Shown here piece by piece: positions 51,401 through 64,000 of a DNA stretch of 64,000 nt; the stretch's first letter is position 1; each line of letters starts with the position of its first letter. The DNA is from Fistulifera solaris (Eukaryota), in NCBI GenBank assembly GCA_030295235.1, contig AP026150.1, positions 558,001 through 622,000 of the forward strand, given 5' to 3'. Made by a program: the position numbers and the translations under genes. The notes below the pieces were generated by a model. It made no database searches and was not told the origin of the DNA. It saw only the letters and a list, made by a program, of their open reading frames with translations.

Positions 51401-52204
51401 ATTAGGCTCGCGCTTAAAGCAAAAGATGAAGGCTGTAAAAGCAGCGATCACCGCTCTCACGCATGATGTAAGTACTTTTTACCTGATTTATATCTCGGAA
51501 TGCATTTCGTAATTAACACCTTGTTACACCACGTGCCACCGTATTCACAGGAAGCGGTCAAAGTCATTGAAGATGGTTCCATTGAGGTTGAAGGCGAAGT
51601 GCTTAACGCAGAGACAGAGCTGGAGTCAAAGATTGACTTTTCGCGAGCGGGAGAGGAGTGGGAGGCGACGTCAAAGATGGACGGATCACTGGTTGTGGTT
51701 ATTGATTGCACTCAAGACGAGGCAACTCTTTCCTCTGGTATGTCTCGCGAGCTCATGAATGGTATTCAACAACTGAGAAAAGCAGCCGGGCTTGAGCTGA
51801 AGGACGTCGTAGAAGTGTTTTTCACGGAACACGACGATGTAGATGTCGTCGAGAAGGTAGTGGCAAGAAATGTGTCTCTCTTTTCCGCGAAATTTAAAGG
51901 TTCTGTGCCACTTCCTTCGCGATTCGCTCCCAAATGGGCTGTTTCTCTCAAGTGCGATACTGTTGAAGTAGGAGGATCTCGTGTCGACGTCACCATCTGT
52001 CGTCCAGCGGTAGCTGTGAAAGATGATCTGGGCGAAGGACCCGTCAATGTATTGTCTACTTTAGAACCTTCCACACTTGGAAACGGGGAGGCATTTGAAT
52101 GCACTATTGATGGTGAACGCTTGTCTTTGAAGGAAGGGGTTGACTTCTGGAAAAGTAGCGCAGCCAAGGTTCGGAGCATGAAGCTCGTGGACTGGCTTTC
52201 GTAA
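48462..52204 (+). CDS. IARS: Isoleucyl-tRNA synthetase, cytosolic type
   Basis: [60 protein letters not shown] and KMSKR. Introns 48582..48721 and 51468..51551. T-run indels near 49537 and 50603. Confidence 0.97.
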
Positions 52205-52379
52205 TAAGTTAACGAATGAAGGCTGTTATTTTCAAACTTTAATTATAACATCAAATCAATCATCGTAGGAGACTGAGATGCCCGCGGTAACAAGCGGCGA
52301 GCAGCACCTTGCAACGCAGACTTCTATCAAGTAATCGTTACTTGCAATTATTTGCACGTTGCGGCGTATAAACAGTCTT

Positions 52380-53703
52380 TCATCCAATACTTTTCGACAG
52401 GCCAATGGGAGACATGCTCTTTTCTCTCGCCATGCCGATGACTCTCCGCTTGTAGCTACTAAGCTCCAGCACCTTGAATGTACGCCCTGCACATTTTTCT
52501 CGTCTCGCCAGTAACTCTAAATCTCGTTGCATCAACGTTCCATCCTTGTCAACATCCAGTTCACGAAACATCATTCTTAGTTTATCCCATAGTTCTTCAT
52601 CAACCTTTCCCATTGTCTTAAGCATGTATTCAATAAATTCAAGTTCCGTGACATCCCCATCTTTGTCGGTGTCCATTTTTTTGAGGTCGTCTACGGTAAT
52701 TCGACTATCGAACAGCTGCGTTTGTGCCTGTTTAAGTTGCCGATCGATGAATCTATGTGCAATGGTCGCGACAACTTCCGTGACAACCGCTACCGAGAGA
52801 GGTATAAAAACAATACAGAGCCAGCGCGTCCGGTCGGAGACGGGTCGAAAATCCCCGTATCCGAGCGTGAGGGCGGTTTGAAAGGTCCAATACAAGGATT
52901 CAATCGGCGTCCATCCTTCCAGTGTCATCATGGCTACCGTTCCAGTCATCATGATAAGAAAGACTCGACACAATGGCGCAAAGAAAGTTGAATTATTGAG
53001 AAGCCACTCGTGCACAATTTCGTTATCGTCACAAAGAGCGTCCATTTCCATTGAAGCATCGTCGTGTGCCAGTTCATGTATCATTTCGGAGGCGATTTCT
53101 CCATTGCGTTTCTCCCATTTGTTCATTTGGTAGGAAATGTAAGCTTGACCGACTACACCGAGCAGCATACCTGTCATACAAACCCCACAGGCGGCGTATA
53201 ACATCGTAAATACTTTCATTGCGTCCGTCGAAGGATACAGGTCTCCATAGCCTGCAAGAAAAAGAGAATGAGGGTGATAGCGCAGTAAGAACCTGTAGGA
53301 AATAAGTCATACACGAACCTATAGTAGAAAGAGTGACCATGACAAAATAAAGAGAATCCAGAATTCTCCATCCTTCTCCAATCGCATAAATGATAGCTCC
53401 GACATTGATAAAAACGATACTCGCCAGTCCTAATGGTTTGATCACATTTACCGTAAATCTTCTTGCCGATTGTTTTGCCTCATGTAACGATGTTTGTAAG
53501 GACCGAGTCGAAGAACGTTGCTGACTGTAATGTCCATTCAAGACGGCACGTCGCACAATATTCCAGTGTCGTTGCGATCTCGTCAATCCGTCTTGCCCGG
53601 ACATCAAATTGTAGTTGCATTGACTATCATTATTATTTGTTATCTCATTGTATCTTAACGGTAAAATAGGAGGAAGAGGACCTTCCTTGGATTTGAATTG
53701 CAT
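52380..53703 (-). CDS. Two-pore-domain K+ channel with EF hands (TPK/KCO-like)
   Basis: Pore 1 TLSTIG|YGD is split by an intron at ~53252..53317, pore 2 is TLGYGD. EF-hand loops DTDKDGDVTELE and DVDKDGTL. Confidence 0.92.
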
Positions 53704-54429
53704 TCTTATCGCCTTGTTGTGGTTGTTGGTGTTTCGTTCAATGATGTTGTGAAGGAAGAGGCATTTGGAGACGAAGCTGTTCCGTTGAAGACACGACTTA
53801 CTATAATGACGGATCGGGCTCGCCCGGAAACGTGGAAGTCCGGCGGAGATGAAGACCCCGTGTGAACGTGAGCTCCTCAACGGAAAGCACTAAAAGAAAC
53901 CGAGCCGGCCGAACCCCTGGGCATAACAAAAATCAAACCTTTTGTTGCTCCGCTGCTCGCTCCGAGTATTTACAACATCTACAGTAGAGGGAAGGACGTT
54001 AAAATTCTGCATCCCAGTCGCAGTACAAGATTCGACGTAGCGTCCACGACGAGGCAGAATTTTAACGTCCTTTCCATGAAAATTGAACACTTCGTGATGA
54101 TGCATGATGAAATGCTTCAAGACTCAAGACTGGCAACGCCAGAAAAAGAGGCAGCCGGCAGCCCATCATCCAGATAATGCTTGTTCAAGCAGTTCAAGAA
54201 TTTCTTGAACATCGTTGAATTTGCTGAATATCCAACGATATGCTTCCAAAAATATCAGGAAAGCACACAGAATTACTGTATGTCCAAAAATACAGTTTCC
54301 AGAATTTCTGGAAGATGCGCAGAATTTCTGTATGATTAGAAACAAGTTGTCAGAATTTCTGGAAACTGCATTCTGGATTTGAAATTGGACGACAGAAAAC
54401 AGAACAGGGCTATAGCGAGGCTCATGCTA

Positions 54430-54510
54430 CTTCCGTACTTTCCGTTCTTTTACTTCCGTACGAAGTACTTTCGTACTTTCCGTTCTTCTACTTCGGTACG
54501 AAGTACTTTT
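54430..54510. repeat. Imperfect ~40-bp tandem duplication rich in TACTTC/GTACGAAGTA
   Basis: cgtactttccgttcttttacttccgtacgaagtacttt is followed by cgtactttccgttcttctacttcggtacgaagtacttt. Confidence 0.8.
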
Positions 54511-54912
54511 AGTATATCAAATTACAATCCTCGTCACTAGCATCTGTTCATCTTTCATCTGTTCAGCAACAGCAACAGTTCACTCTTCACAGAGACGCAT
54601 GTTTTTCTGAACTTTGAAAATTTTTTTCTGGATGTTGGTTGGTAGAAAAGTTGTGTAAAATCCTACGGTGAAATGCGCGACTTGACAACAGCAGCTGCGT
54701 CTCCCGCGCTAACACCACACAAGCTTGTCGACCCACGGAGACAACAAAGCGTCAAGCTTTCAACATAAAGGAACGTTAATCTGTAGAGCACGTGTAACTT
54801 TTCACGTCTGCTCGACTAGTTGAAGGGTGTTTTTCAATCTCGGTCCTTAATAGGTGAAACGTTCCATTGTTTGGCTTGTTGTGGAGCGAAATAGCCTGGC
54901 AACACACCAAGG

Positions 54913-55627
54913 ATGGAATACGCTAGAGTCGCTGCCTTGATACTCCCACATCTCCCAGTCCTCAGGGAAACTTTCGACTTCTCTGGCAAGAAGACTGTGC
55001 GGAAGGAGATAGAACGGGCAAGAGCCATCAGCCCGATTGGATATGGGACGACCATGATGACATGGAGGACCGAGAGCTGGTTTCTTGCCGTGCGAAATGG
55101 GAGCAATTGGAACATGACACCACAAGGTGAAGGCCCCAAGAACAACTACCGGTGGGGATCTGGCGGCGCGATAAAGGCACTGTGCTCCAAGACGCATCTA
55201 CTCATCTGGAAGTTGGACTCGTGTCTTCAGCTGTACGATGCGCGCCTCTCCTCGATCTCCAGTGACAACCTGATTCGACGATCAGAGATGGTGCCGATTC
55301 CAATGGATCCCACAGACAGGCAAGGCTCCAGGCGCAAAAAAACACAGCTGGGCCCTTGGTGGTCGCTGGATTGACGATAAGCATGCCAATCTGGTCCCAG
55401 ATGCCGATGTGACAGTCACGCTCCATCTTTTGGTGGAAGGGAGCGATGGTGCCTTTGTGGGGCAAACGGAATCTGGAAGAATCAATGCACGCACATTGGC
55501 CTCCCGGCCTTCCTTGGAGGCCCTCTTAAGTGCCATAGGCAATCCCGCCACCATGGATCTTCCAGCTCGATGTCACATCTACTTCTCCACTGAACCCATG
55601 GTTATTGGCCGCAAAACTGTTGGATAG
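54913..55627 (+). CDS. Orphan ORF of ~237 aa, if the A-run near 55336-55342 is an indel
   Basis: ORF 54913..55374 can continue into the frame of 55409..55627 across a homopolymer. No family recognised. Confidence 0.35.
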
Positions 55628-56276
55628 GTTTCTTCTTTTCCCCCGTCTTGCCTGCTCATTCTTGTCGAGGACCCCCCAAAAACAAAACGGTGCAGCCGCT
55701 ACGCTTAGTGACTCAATCATAGGTCGACTTGTTTGCAACTGCCCCAGAGTTCTGTTTTGTCTATAGTAAAGAGAGCCAGCCTACAATGTGACTAGAAACC
55801 AACCGGTACTAAACGTGCGTGCTCGCTCACCTCACTCACTCATTCACTTCGTATATCTTTCGTCCGTCTGTCACCCGAAAAGTCGCCTCGATCCCTGGAA
55901 ATACTTGTACCAGTGTTGCTAAGGGTTAGAAGTTAGAAGGCCTTTTTCGTCGTTCTTTCTAGCGATTTTTGCATCCGATAACGAAAAGCATGAAACGAGA
56001 AAGAAAACGCACTTCATCTCCACTTACCAGGTATGCACTTTAGATATGCCATAGCCACCAAACATTTGTTTACTTTCAAATGACGATGGCTTTACGAGCC
56101 CATACAGTAGATTGAGAAATCATGGCTTCGTCAACGCCGCACATTGATGGAAGTTCAAAAGAAGCTCACAGGCTGCTGCCGACGGCAAATGCGTAGGATG
56201 CAGGCAACAACTTTACGTCCTCAAAGAAAAGACCAAACTATTTTCCCTGTCTCGTAAAGCGCAAGAATATCGCAAA

Positions 56277-57197
56277 GTGCCCATCTCTGTACCCAATCTA
56301 GTCGAGAAAGGACAATGTTTGAAGTGCGCGACCGATCGAACGGTTTCGGTGAGCTCACCATCAAGATCGAAATACTCCTTGTGCTCGCTCAGTTCAATTC
56401 CCGAGCCTCCGCGTCTCGGCGGATCTATAACTATTGTAAAGAAGAAAACGGATAGCGAGAAGACATCTACAAGAGAAAATAATGAGGAAAAGGAGTTGGA
56501 CGACTCGTGTTGCGTGGGGAATGGTGACAATAACGCCATTTACAAAGGAGAATACAAAAATCACATGAGACATGGGGAAGGTGAGCTGTTATGGACCAAC
56601 GGTGATAAGTACAGGGGATCATTTCGTGATAATATGATGGATGGAAAGGGAACTCTGGTATTTGGTGACGAGCGTGGGGAGAATACGTTGGGGAATGGTG
56701 CTGCAATCAAATGCACGGACAGGGGACTCGCACCTACCCCAATGGCGATGTTTTTGTAGGATCCTACCAAAAAGGTTCGCGGGAAGGCGAAGGGCGCTTT
56801 TATTTCACCAGCGGTGATTTGTATTGGGGTGAGTTTCGGAAGAACTTGATGCACGGAGCGGGGCGGTATTACTTTGCAGGTGGCCAATCGTTTGCGGGTA
56901 CATTTGTCAATGGAAAACGCATGGGTAAAGGAAAAATACAGCGCAATGACGGTTCCATTGAAATATATCAATATGTAAATAATTCCCGAGTCGGACAAGG
57001 TGTACGATGGTCCAAGGATCGTACGAAGGCATGGAGGTTATGGAAGAAAGCCAGCGCGTCGCCCAAGAGCACGGGCAGCACCACCGAAGAAAAAAAGAAT
57101 ATCCGTTACAGAAGCAGCTGTTTTAACTCAAGAAATCGATCAAGCATCGAAGGAGATCTTGGCGACTTACGACATTCTGCCCAATCCAGATGTCTGA
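56277..57197 (+). CDS. MORN-repeat protein
   Basis: About six repeats of YxGx(W/F)xxxxxHGxG (YKGEYKNHMRHGEG, YRGSFRDNMMDGKG, YWGEFRKNLMHGAG). Frameshifts near 56680 and 57095. Start uncertain, probably further upstream. Confidence 0.85.
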
Positions 57198-57574
57198 AGA
57201 CACAAAATAGCCGTACATGCTAAATGACTCGAAATCAGTCTTGGCGAATGACACAAAATATGTGGTCCGATACGAAAATTTTTCAATTTGGGAAAAAAAG
57301 CATAAGCTGTGGCACTGATGAATGAGACAATTAGAGAAAAATGTGTCTCTCAATAACAATTGAGTCTCTCGAAAAGAAAAGGGCCTTATTTCCGAGTAAG
57401 GATCAACGGGTAAAGGTTTGTTGAGCTTTGATCTTGCTCCACGGCGCGTCGTTCTCTCTACATACAACACAACAATACTTAATGAATGCTTTATCTGGAG
57501 CATATTTCTATAAATTTACGCTCAGTCAACCTATGTAAAAGTGAAAAGGACCTTGATTTTGTCTTAAAACACAG

Positions 57575-58649
57575 CTAAACGAAAATGACACACAAAAGGA
57601 AAATGCAAAAACACGCGCCGTCAGTCATTCCTGGTCGGCTAGTCTCAGATGTTGGTGACGGTCCTGGAGTTACAACCGGAGATTGCGCGGGAGAGGTCCC
57701 TTCGTTGCTAGCATTTGGTATCGAAGGAGGTGTTTCCATGGGAGCAGGTCCAGGTGCGGAGACAGGCAATGACGGAGCTGGTTCGAGTTGGCTGGCGCCG
57801 TCGGCGACTGTAACGAGCCGAGGGACTGCACGATCAACGCCAATGGCCCATCGATTCTCGGAACAAAATTTCCAATAAGAATGTAGTATTCTACGTTGGC
57901 ATCGGCAATCCATTCTACAGATTTTCTCGTGTTACTTCCGGTGGTAACACATGTGAAGGAGCTGCCATCCCAAGCTTGCACTCCAATAACATTACCAAAG
58001 GACAAGTTATCTCCTGTTGTCGCCTTCAGTACGACTTGTTCTGAAGGAATAGTGGTGGTGTAAGTAAACCACACTCCGAAAGACCCATCTAATGCACAAG
58101 CGTCCTCACTAAAATCCGAAAGTGCTCCATCCAAAGTATATTCACCTGCATAAGGTACATCATCTTGAGTCAATGCAATGGCACCCTCCATTTCATCGTT
58201 CACGGGTGCGTCGTATTCTTCCAATACAACCAAGTATGGCAAATCCCAATATTCGCCTTCATGTCTGTAGAGCAGGATGTAGTACTGGTCACCTGGTGCC
58301 GTTTGCAAAAACTGCTCCTGAAGAAAATAATCCTTTACACAGGTAAGGGAATCGCAAGTTCCTTTGAAGATGATAACTTCTAGAGGGGAGGTAAAAGAAT
58401 CCAAATAATCCAGGGAGATACTTGCAATTACCGATTTGGAAGGCTTGTAAACGAGCCAATGGCCTTGCGGCAAATCTGAAACGCTGCTTGTGCATTTGTC
58501 GACATAATATGATTGATTATCAGTGCCGACAATACTTTCGCTGAATGAAAAAGGAGCCGCAATACTTTGCGCAGTGCTGCAGGATGATTGAGCCTGCACA
58601 ACCGCTGATTTATGAATGGAGAAAATCAGCCAAGTCAAGAGAGGCAGCA
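57575..58649 (-). CDS. Secreted, probably GPI-anchored cell-surface protein with two related beta-rich domains
   Basis: Signal MLPLLTWLIFSIHKSAVVQA, two similar modules (GHWLVY...LTCV...YYILL and GVWFTY...FTCV...YYILI), a Pro/Ser/Thr stalk and a hydrophobic C-terminus. Frameshift near 57840. Confidence 0.7.
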
Positions 58650-59348
58650 TGTGGGTAAAGACACGGCTCGGAGAGAACGAAACACATTTCGGGTTGATCA
58701 TAATCTTCATGATGACGGCAACGGCAAAGATTCGCAATAGTGAGAAAAATTCAAAGTTACAGTCCAGCAAACCGAATGGAAATGGAATGCAGGAACACTT
58801 GAACACGCAGCCAATCCTTTTGATGCCAGGATCGAGGATAACATGATAAAAGATGAAAGATCCATTCTCCATTCCTCCACTCTCCGCTGTAATTGTACAC
58901 TGTACTACCTGCTGCAAACAAAACAATATTCATTGATTAGTGATTACTACTTAATCAATGGCAGGGGGATGTCTCCGTTACAGTACCTGGTGCAGTAGAA
59001 GATAGAAGAGAGAACCACCAAAACAGCTGGCTGCCGGCTGTTATCGTTCCACTCCAAAGTATGTGCAATGAAACGTGACTTATGAAAACTACTTAAACTT
59101 CATAGTTCGAACAAAGTACGGAGTAGTAAGTTATGAAGTCACAGAAACCAGAAGCATTGCGGGAGAGACGTCGTACGGAGTAAGAAAGTACCAGTAGGAA
59201 ATGCATAGCTCAAAAAGCTCAAACGTAACCCGACCTCTATTCGGCACTTATTAGTATTGTGACCCGCGATGATGATTTCATAGCGATAAAGCGAGAAAAA
59301 CCTCGCGAATGGCAAAACACGTGCATGTATGATTCATGTTTTTAAAAG

Positions 59349-60659
59349 ATGAAGCCTTATCAAGTACTGCAATTCCAGCGTCATTTCTTTTCCTTAAATC
59401 TGTTGTTTTTATTCCTGATTCCAGTTGCATGGAGTTTATTGACCTCGACACCACCGCAAAGGGCCCATTCGTTTCGGACGACAAGAAACAGTGCGTTACA
59501 AGACTCCTCGTCCTGCCTACAACTCCATCATTTATGTCGTCAAGAACGCTTTTGTTGGCAGACGAGCACCACTCCAGAGGACGCATGCATCTGTCATGAA
59601 GCAACCATTACTGATCTTTCTGCTTTAAAGGCACCCCCGGATCCTTCATTGAATTCAAAGGATGATTTCTTTCGCAGTTTTCGAGCGACAATTCCAGTAA
59701 AACTGCAATATGCTTTGCGTGATTCTGGTCTTTTACGTCTCCTTGTCGACATTTTGGTCTTTTGGGGGTTCCTTCTCTTTTACAAGCCTATCCAACGGCG
59801 TGGAGGGACTTTATGGCGTTTTCCGGTCGTTCTCCCTCCACTACGAACGAAAATAATATACAATTTCAAAGTGTGCGATACGGAAAGCACCGTTCCCAAC
59901 GTATGGATTTGATACAGTCTGGGGAGCCTGTTGAAAACACTCGCCGAAAGAAATGGGTCGTTTTTGTTCACGGCGGAGCTTGGGGATCAGGATTTCCCCT
60001 GCTCTACCGACTGGTGGCGAACTCCTTTGTATCACAAGGGTACGAAGTGGCAATTGTAGGGTATCGTACGTACCCTGACAGTGTTGTAGATGGTCAGATT
60101 GACGATATTATGCAGGCGCTTGAGTATTTACAACGCACAGATAAGGAAGACGAACGAAACGACAGCATGTTAGACATGACTCTCATTGGCCATTCCTCGG
60201 GTGCTCATATTTGCATGCTGGGTATCCTGCAATCCAAAAATACAAGGCATTCAACGGTTTATAGGAATTTCGGGCGTCTATGATATTCCGCGGCACTATC
60301 AATTCGAGTCGAAACGGGGCGTCGAACGTATTTCGCCGTTGGCTCCCGTATGTGGCGGAAATCTATCCCAATGGAAACAAAATTCGCCGTCGCTACAGAA
60401 GAGTAATTCGCCCACTACACGGAAGAAGCTTCCGCCTATATTCTTAATTCACGGTGAATTCGACTCGACGGTACCTTATACTTCCTCGGTGGGTCTCTAC
60501 CATTCACTGATCCAACAGCAACAAATTAGAGGAAATGAAAATCAAGACCATCTGGTCGATCTGAAAATATTGAAAGGAGTAGAACACTCCGAAACAATTT
60601 TTCATCTCATGTTTGGTGGAGAAACAAGAGACGTTCTGTTAAAGTGGATCAAGAACTAG
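59349..60659 (+). CDS. Alpha/beta hydrolase, isoprenylcysteine methylesterase (ICME)-like
   Basis: VFVHGGAWGSG, YRTYP, GHSSGAH nucleophile elbow, GISGVYDI, HGEFDSTVP and catalytic His in GVEH. Indels near 59765 and 60240. Confidence 0.85.
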
Positions 60660-61102
60660 ATAGATTCTTTAGCCGCAAACCCATATGAGTTAGACCGATG
60701 TAACTTGCGTTATAGCCAGTTGCGTTTGCCCCTGGAATTGCTAAGATACAATCAATATAGCACCGGCTTCTCAAATCATGGTTTTATTTTGTGTCATTCC
60801 GACCCTCTTGCTGACTTTCGGACGAGCATCGCCTTTCACTGTAGTTTTGCGTTATTCACTCGCTTGCAACGTCTGTACCTGGTAGGCGGTCGGGAATTTT
60901 CTGTATGCTAAGAAAGATCTCGCACGCTTCACCATCACCGCGCTCTGCGTGTTCGAGGTTTTATTGCGTCCTTTGACAGCCGCAAAAAGGCGACGAGAAT
61001 CAGGAGTTGTCACAATCTAAATATCAAGAAGACACATCATAAACAATATACTTCATCAATAAGTAACCCTTTCTTTTACCTTATCATTAGTGCAAGGATA
61101 CC

Positions 61103-63443
61103 ATGTCAACCGCGGAAGCCCCATTCGATCGCTGGAAGTTGCAAGACGATGCCTCAATTTCGTACGGATATCTCGGACGTACTGCAGGGAAAGCACCTGC
61201 ATCGACATCGTCTCCGCAGTCGTCTTTTTATCTCACAACAGCTATCAATTACACGAACGGACCCGCTCACATGGGGCATGCTTACGAAGGCGTGACAGCG
61301 GATGTTTTAGTGCGCTTTCATCGTTTGCTGGGCACGGAAAAAGTGTACTTTGTCACCGGAGCCGATGAACACGGTCAAAGATTGCCAACGCCGCGGCGGA
61401 GCAGGGCGTGGAACCCATTGATTTGTGCAACAAATATGTGACAGGCTTTCAAGTTCTCAATCAACGTCTCTTAGTGTCGAACGATGATTATATTCGTACT
61501 ACCAGTCCTCGACACAAGGCAAACGCACGGGCATTGTGGAATCGCATTCAGCACGATATTTACTTGGATACGTATTCGGGATGGTACAACGTTCGGGAAG
61601 AAACTTTTGTTACCGACAATGAAGCCGCATTGTGTGATTACAAGGACCCCGTATCGGGTGTACCTTTGAAACAAGTCAAGGAAGAATCGTATTTCTTCAA
61701 AATGAGTCAATATCAAGAGCAACTCTTGCAATACATTCAAGAAAACCCCAAATTCATTCAACCGGAACAGCACCGCAATCACATTCTTGCGCGTTTGCAA
61801 GCGGATGAATTGCGTGATTTGAGCATTACTCGCACGACATTTTCCTGGGGCATCCAAGTGCCCGAAGGGTTTCATGATCATCACGTCATGTACGTTTGGG
61901 TGGATGCTTTATCCAACTACTTGACGGGAGTCAATGCCTTACAGACAGATCCCGATGCATCTCCTGAACTGGCTAGTTTTTGGCCGGCACAAGTGCACAT
62001 TATTGGAAAAGATATCTTGTGGTTTCATACCGTCATTTGGCCTTGTCTCTTGATGAGTGCGGGTTTGCCGTTGCCACAAACGGTTTTCGCGCACGGCTTT
62101 GTCAATGACAAGGATGGAAAGAAAATGAGCAAGAGTTTGGGAAATGTGGTGGATCCACACGATATGCTGGATCAGTTCACGACAGATACCTTTCGATGGT
62201 ACGTATTTCTACGACAGACTGTTGTCATTTGTTTTTGTTTAAACTCATATTGAATGCTTTTGTTCTCTGCAGGTACTTGTGCAAAGAAGCTCCATACGGC
62301 GGGGAACTGAGTTTCGGTCCTGAGAACTTGCGGGAAATGCACCACGCCGACTTGTGCGATACGTTGGGTAATTTGGTGCACCGCGCTACACATCTGTGTC
62401 AGAAGTACTGCAACGGCGTTATCCCTTCCGTTGCCGCCGTCTCGCCATTACCGATCGACGTTGCCGAATTGATTGCCACATATCAAACGAAAATGAATCA
62501 AATCGAATTACAAGGGGGTGCCATGACCGCCATTCAAGGGTTTCGTGATTTGAATGGGTATTTGCAGGAAGCAGCCCCTTGGAAGTTAAAGGATGCTTTG
62601 GAAGAACAGCAAGTCATTGTTCGAACTACGCTGGAAACTATTTATATCTTAGGGCACTTAATCTTGCCCTTTCTGCCGCAAGGTGGAGCGTTATTGTTCC
62701 AGAAATTGAATACGCCGCCACAAAGTTTAGCAGATTTAAAGCTGGATGGAACGAATTTGAAGGAAGGCAGAGTAATTGAGATTGGTGATGTATTGTATTC
62801 TAAAGTATTGTCGGAAGAAGAGAAATCCGATGCAGCTGCTGCGGCCATGAAAAAGAAAGAGTCGTTTGCCGAGGCACAGCAGCGCAAGAAAGAAGCCAAG
62901 GCGAAGGCTAGAAATCAACAACAGCAGCAAACTGAAGGCGACTCGGATCAGCCCGAGTTCACAAAAATTGACATTCGTGTGGGTCAAATTACAAAGGTTT
63001 GGTACCATGAAAGTGCAGCGAAGCTGTTTTGCGAGGAAATTGACCTAGGGACCGAGAAGCGCCAAGTTGCTTCCGGTCTTCGAGATCATTATACCCTGGA
63101 GGAAATGGAAAACCGCAAAGTATTGGTTGTATGCAACTTGAAAGCAGTAAAGTTACATGAGTTTGTTTCTGAGGGCATGGTGTTGGCAGCCAAAGGGGAA
63201 GACGGCGAGGTGCAATTGATCAGTCCTCCGGAGAATGCCGTCGTCGGTGAACGCGTATTTGTTGAAGGTCTGGAAGGTGAGGCTGTTTCCTCTACACAGG
63301 TGAAGAAGAAAAAGATCTGGGAAGAGGTAGCAAGTGGCTTGAAAACCGGTGAAGGAGGGGTTGCGCAATGGAGTGGGAAGAATATCATGACAAGTGCTGG
63401 CGTTTGTGTGGCAGCCTCTCTCGTGGGTGCCCCGATTTCTTAA
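61103..63443 (+). CDS. MARS: Methionyl-tRNA synthetase with C-terminal EMAPII-like tRNA-binding domain
   Basis: YLTTAINYTNGPAHMGH, GADEHG, YVWVDAL, IIGKDIL and KMSKS. OB domain IDIRVG...VCNLK...SEGMVLAA. Intron 62199..62272 and an A-run indel near 61378. Confidence 0.96.
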
Positions 63444-63903
63444 ATAAAGCGAGTCCGATCGCCGTGCTACGCAAGCGAAATAGAGTTGGATGGTAAATCT
63501 AGCTATTTAGTCGTTCAGCAGTACCTGGTATGGCCGTAGAGTTTGTAGTTGCTGGGAAAAATCATGACTGCTCTCCGTTTCCTGTTGTGCCCAGGCGTTC
63601 ACTCCAAACTAGTGCGCTTCAACTTAGCCAGTCTATCATCTTCCTACCCTGTATTTAAAACGTTTTCGTTTGTACAAGACGTCCTTCCATTTTGTGACGT
63701 CTGACTATAAAGAGGCACGAAAGACACGACCACGTAGAAAAAGACCCATAGGGCCCAACTTCTTACTCTTTTCTCACCTCTCGCATCATCGAGCAGAAAA
63801 CTAAGCAGAGCTGTACAAGTAGTCACTTTTCCTCCTTTCATCCGTTGTTGTTGCTCAGGCGTTTTTGTATCTATTCCTATCGCTTTCTTTGATTACGCTC
63901 ACC

Positions 63904-64000
63904 ATGTTTGTTCTCTTTTCGCTGCTGGTCTTCGTTTCGTCACTAAATAATATCAGCTGTAAGTTCGTCGTGCGTAATTATCAAGATTATCCGATCGCCT
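63904..64000 (+). CDS. Possible first exon of a secreted protein, truncated by the window edge
   Basis: accATG followed by hydrophobic MFVLFSLLVFVSSLNNIS and a gtaagt donor at ~63959. Confidence 0.35.
   Translation, partial: MFVLFSLLVFVSSLNNISCKFVVRNYQDYPIA

Noticed and set aside
54430..54510. CRISPR-like or telomeric array
   Set aside because: Only two imperfect units, no spacers, no cas genes, no TTAGGG-type repeat, and a eukaryotic context.
33..63443. Frequent frameshifts read as pseudogenes or programmed frameshifting
   Set aside because: They fall in homopolymer runs and hit essential genes (IleRS CAG-TTTTT-GAA at ~49537, MetRS at ~61378, U2AF1) whose motifs are otherwise intact. This is typical long-read consensus error.
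48462..63443. Two aminoacyl-tRNA synthetase genes as a functional cluster
   Set aside because: They are separated by several unrelated genes, so chance proximity is sufficient.
63644..63841. 65-aa minus-strand hydrophobic ORF
   Set aside because: Short, with no recognisable motif, and it lies in the likely promoter of the next gene.

Overview
Gene-dense eukaryotic nuclear DNA, most likely from a pennate diatom. This is inferred from short GT-AG introns, an ASAFAP-type bipartite plastid presequence and gene families typical of diatoms. About 27 protein genes are recognisable, including an LRR protein, TMEM43, TM9SF, RPA3, METTL5, a 7TM protein, a TLDc protein, U2AF1, an NBR1/p62-like receptor, a Sec23/24-like protein, IleRS, a TPK K+ channel, a MORN protein, an ICME-like esterase and MetRS. 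Many genes, including essential ones, carry single-base indels in homopolymers, which points to unpolished long-read consensus rather than pseudogenes. The best candidate for a novel system is at 37085-44418: a tandem pair of CSLA/CSLC-like processive GT2 synthases. The second is spliced in frame, through a phase-0 intron at 42238-42309, to two tandem Stf0-like sulfotransferase domains. This predicts one ~1261-aa polymerise-and-sulfate enzyme, next to a paralog lacking the sulfotransferases. Also notable: a FYVE-like zinc finger fused to an apolipoprotein-L-like region, a CENP-B/pogo-type HTH protein without a DDE domain, a ~2100-aa acidic-repeat/coiled-coil protein, and a palindromic intergenic motif TACCWGGTA seen 10 times. 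No rRNA, tRNA, CRISPR array or intact transposon was recognised. All family assignments are by-eye motif recognition, with no database search.
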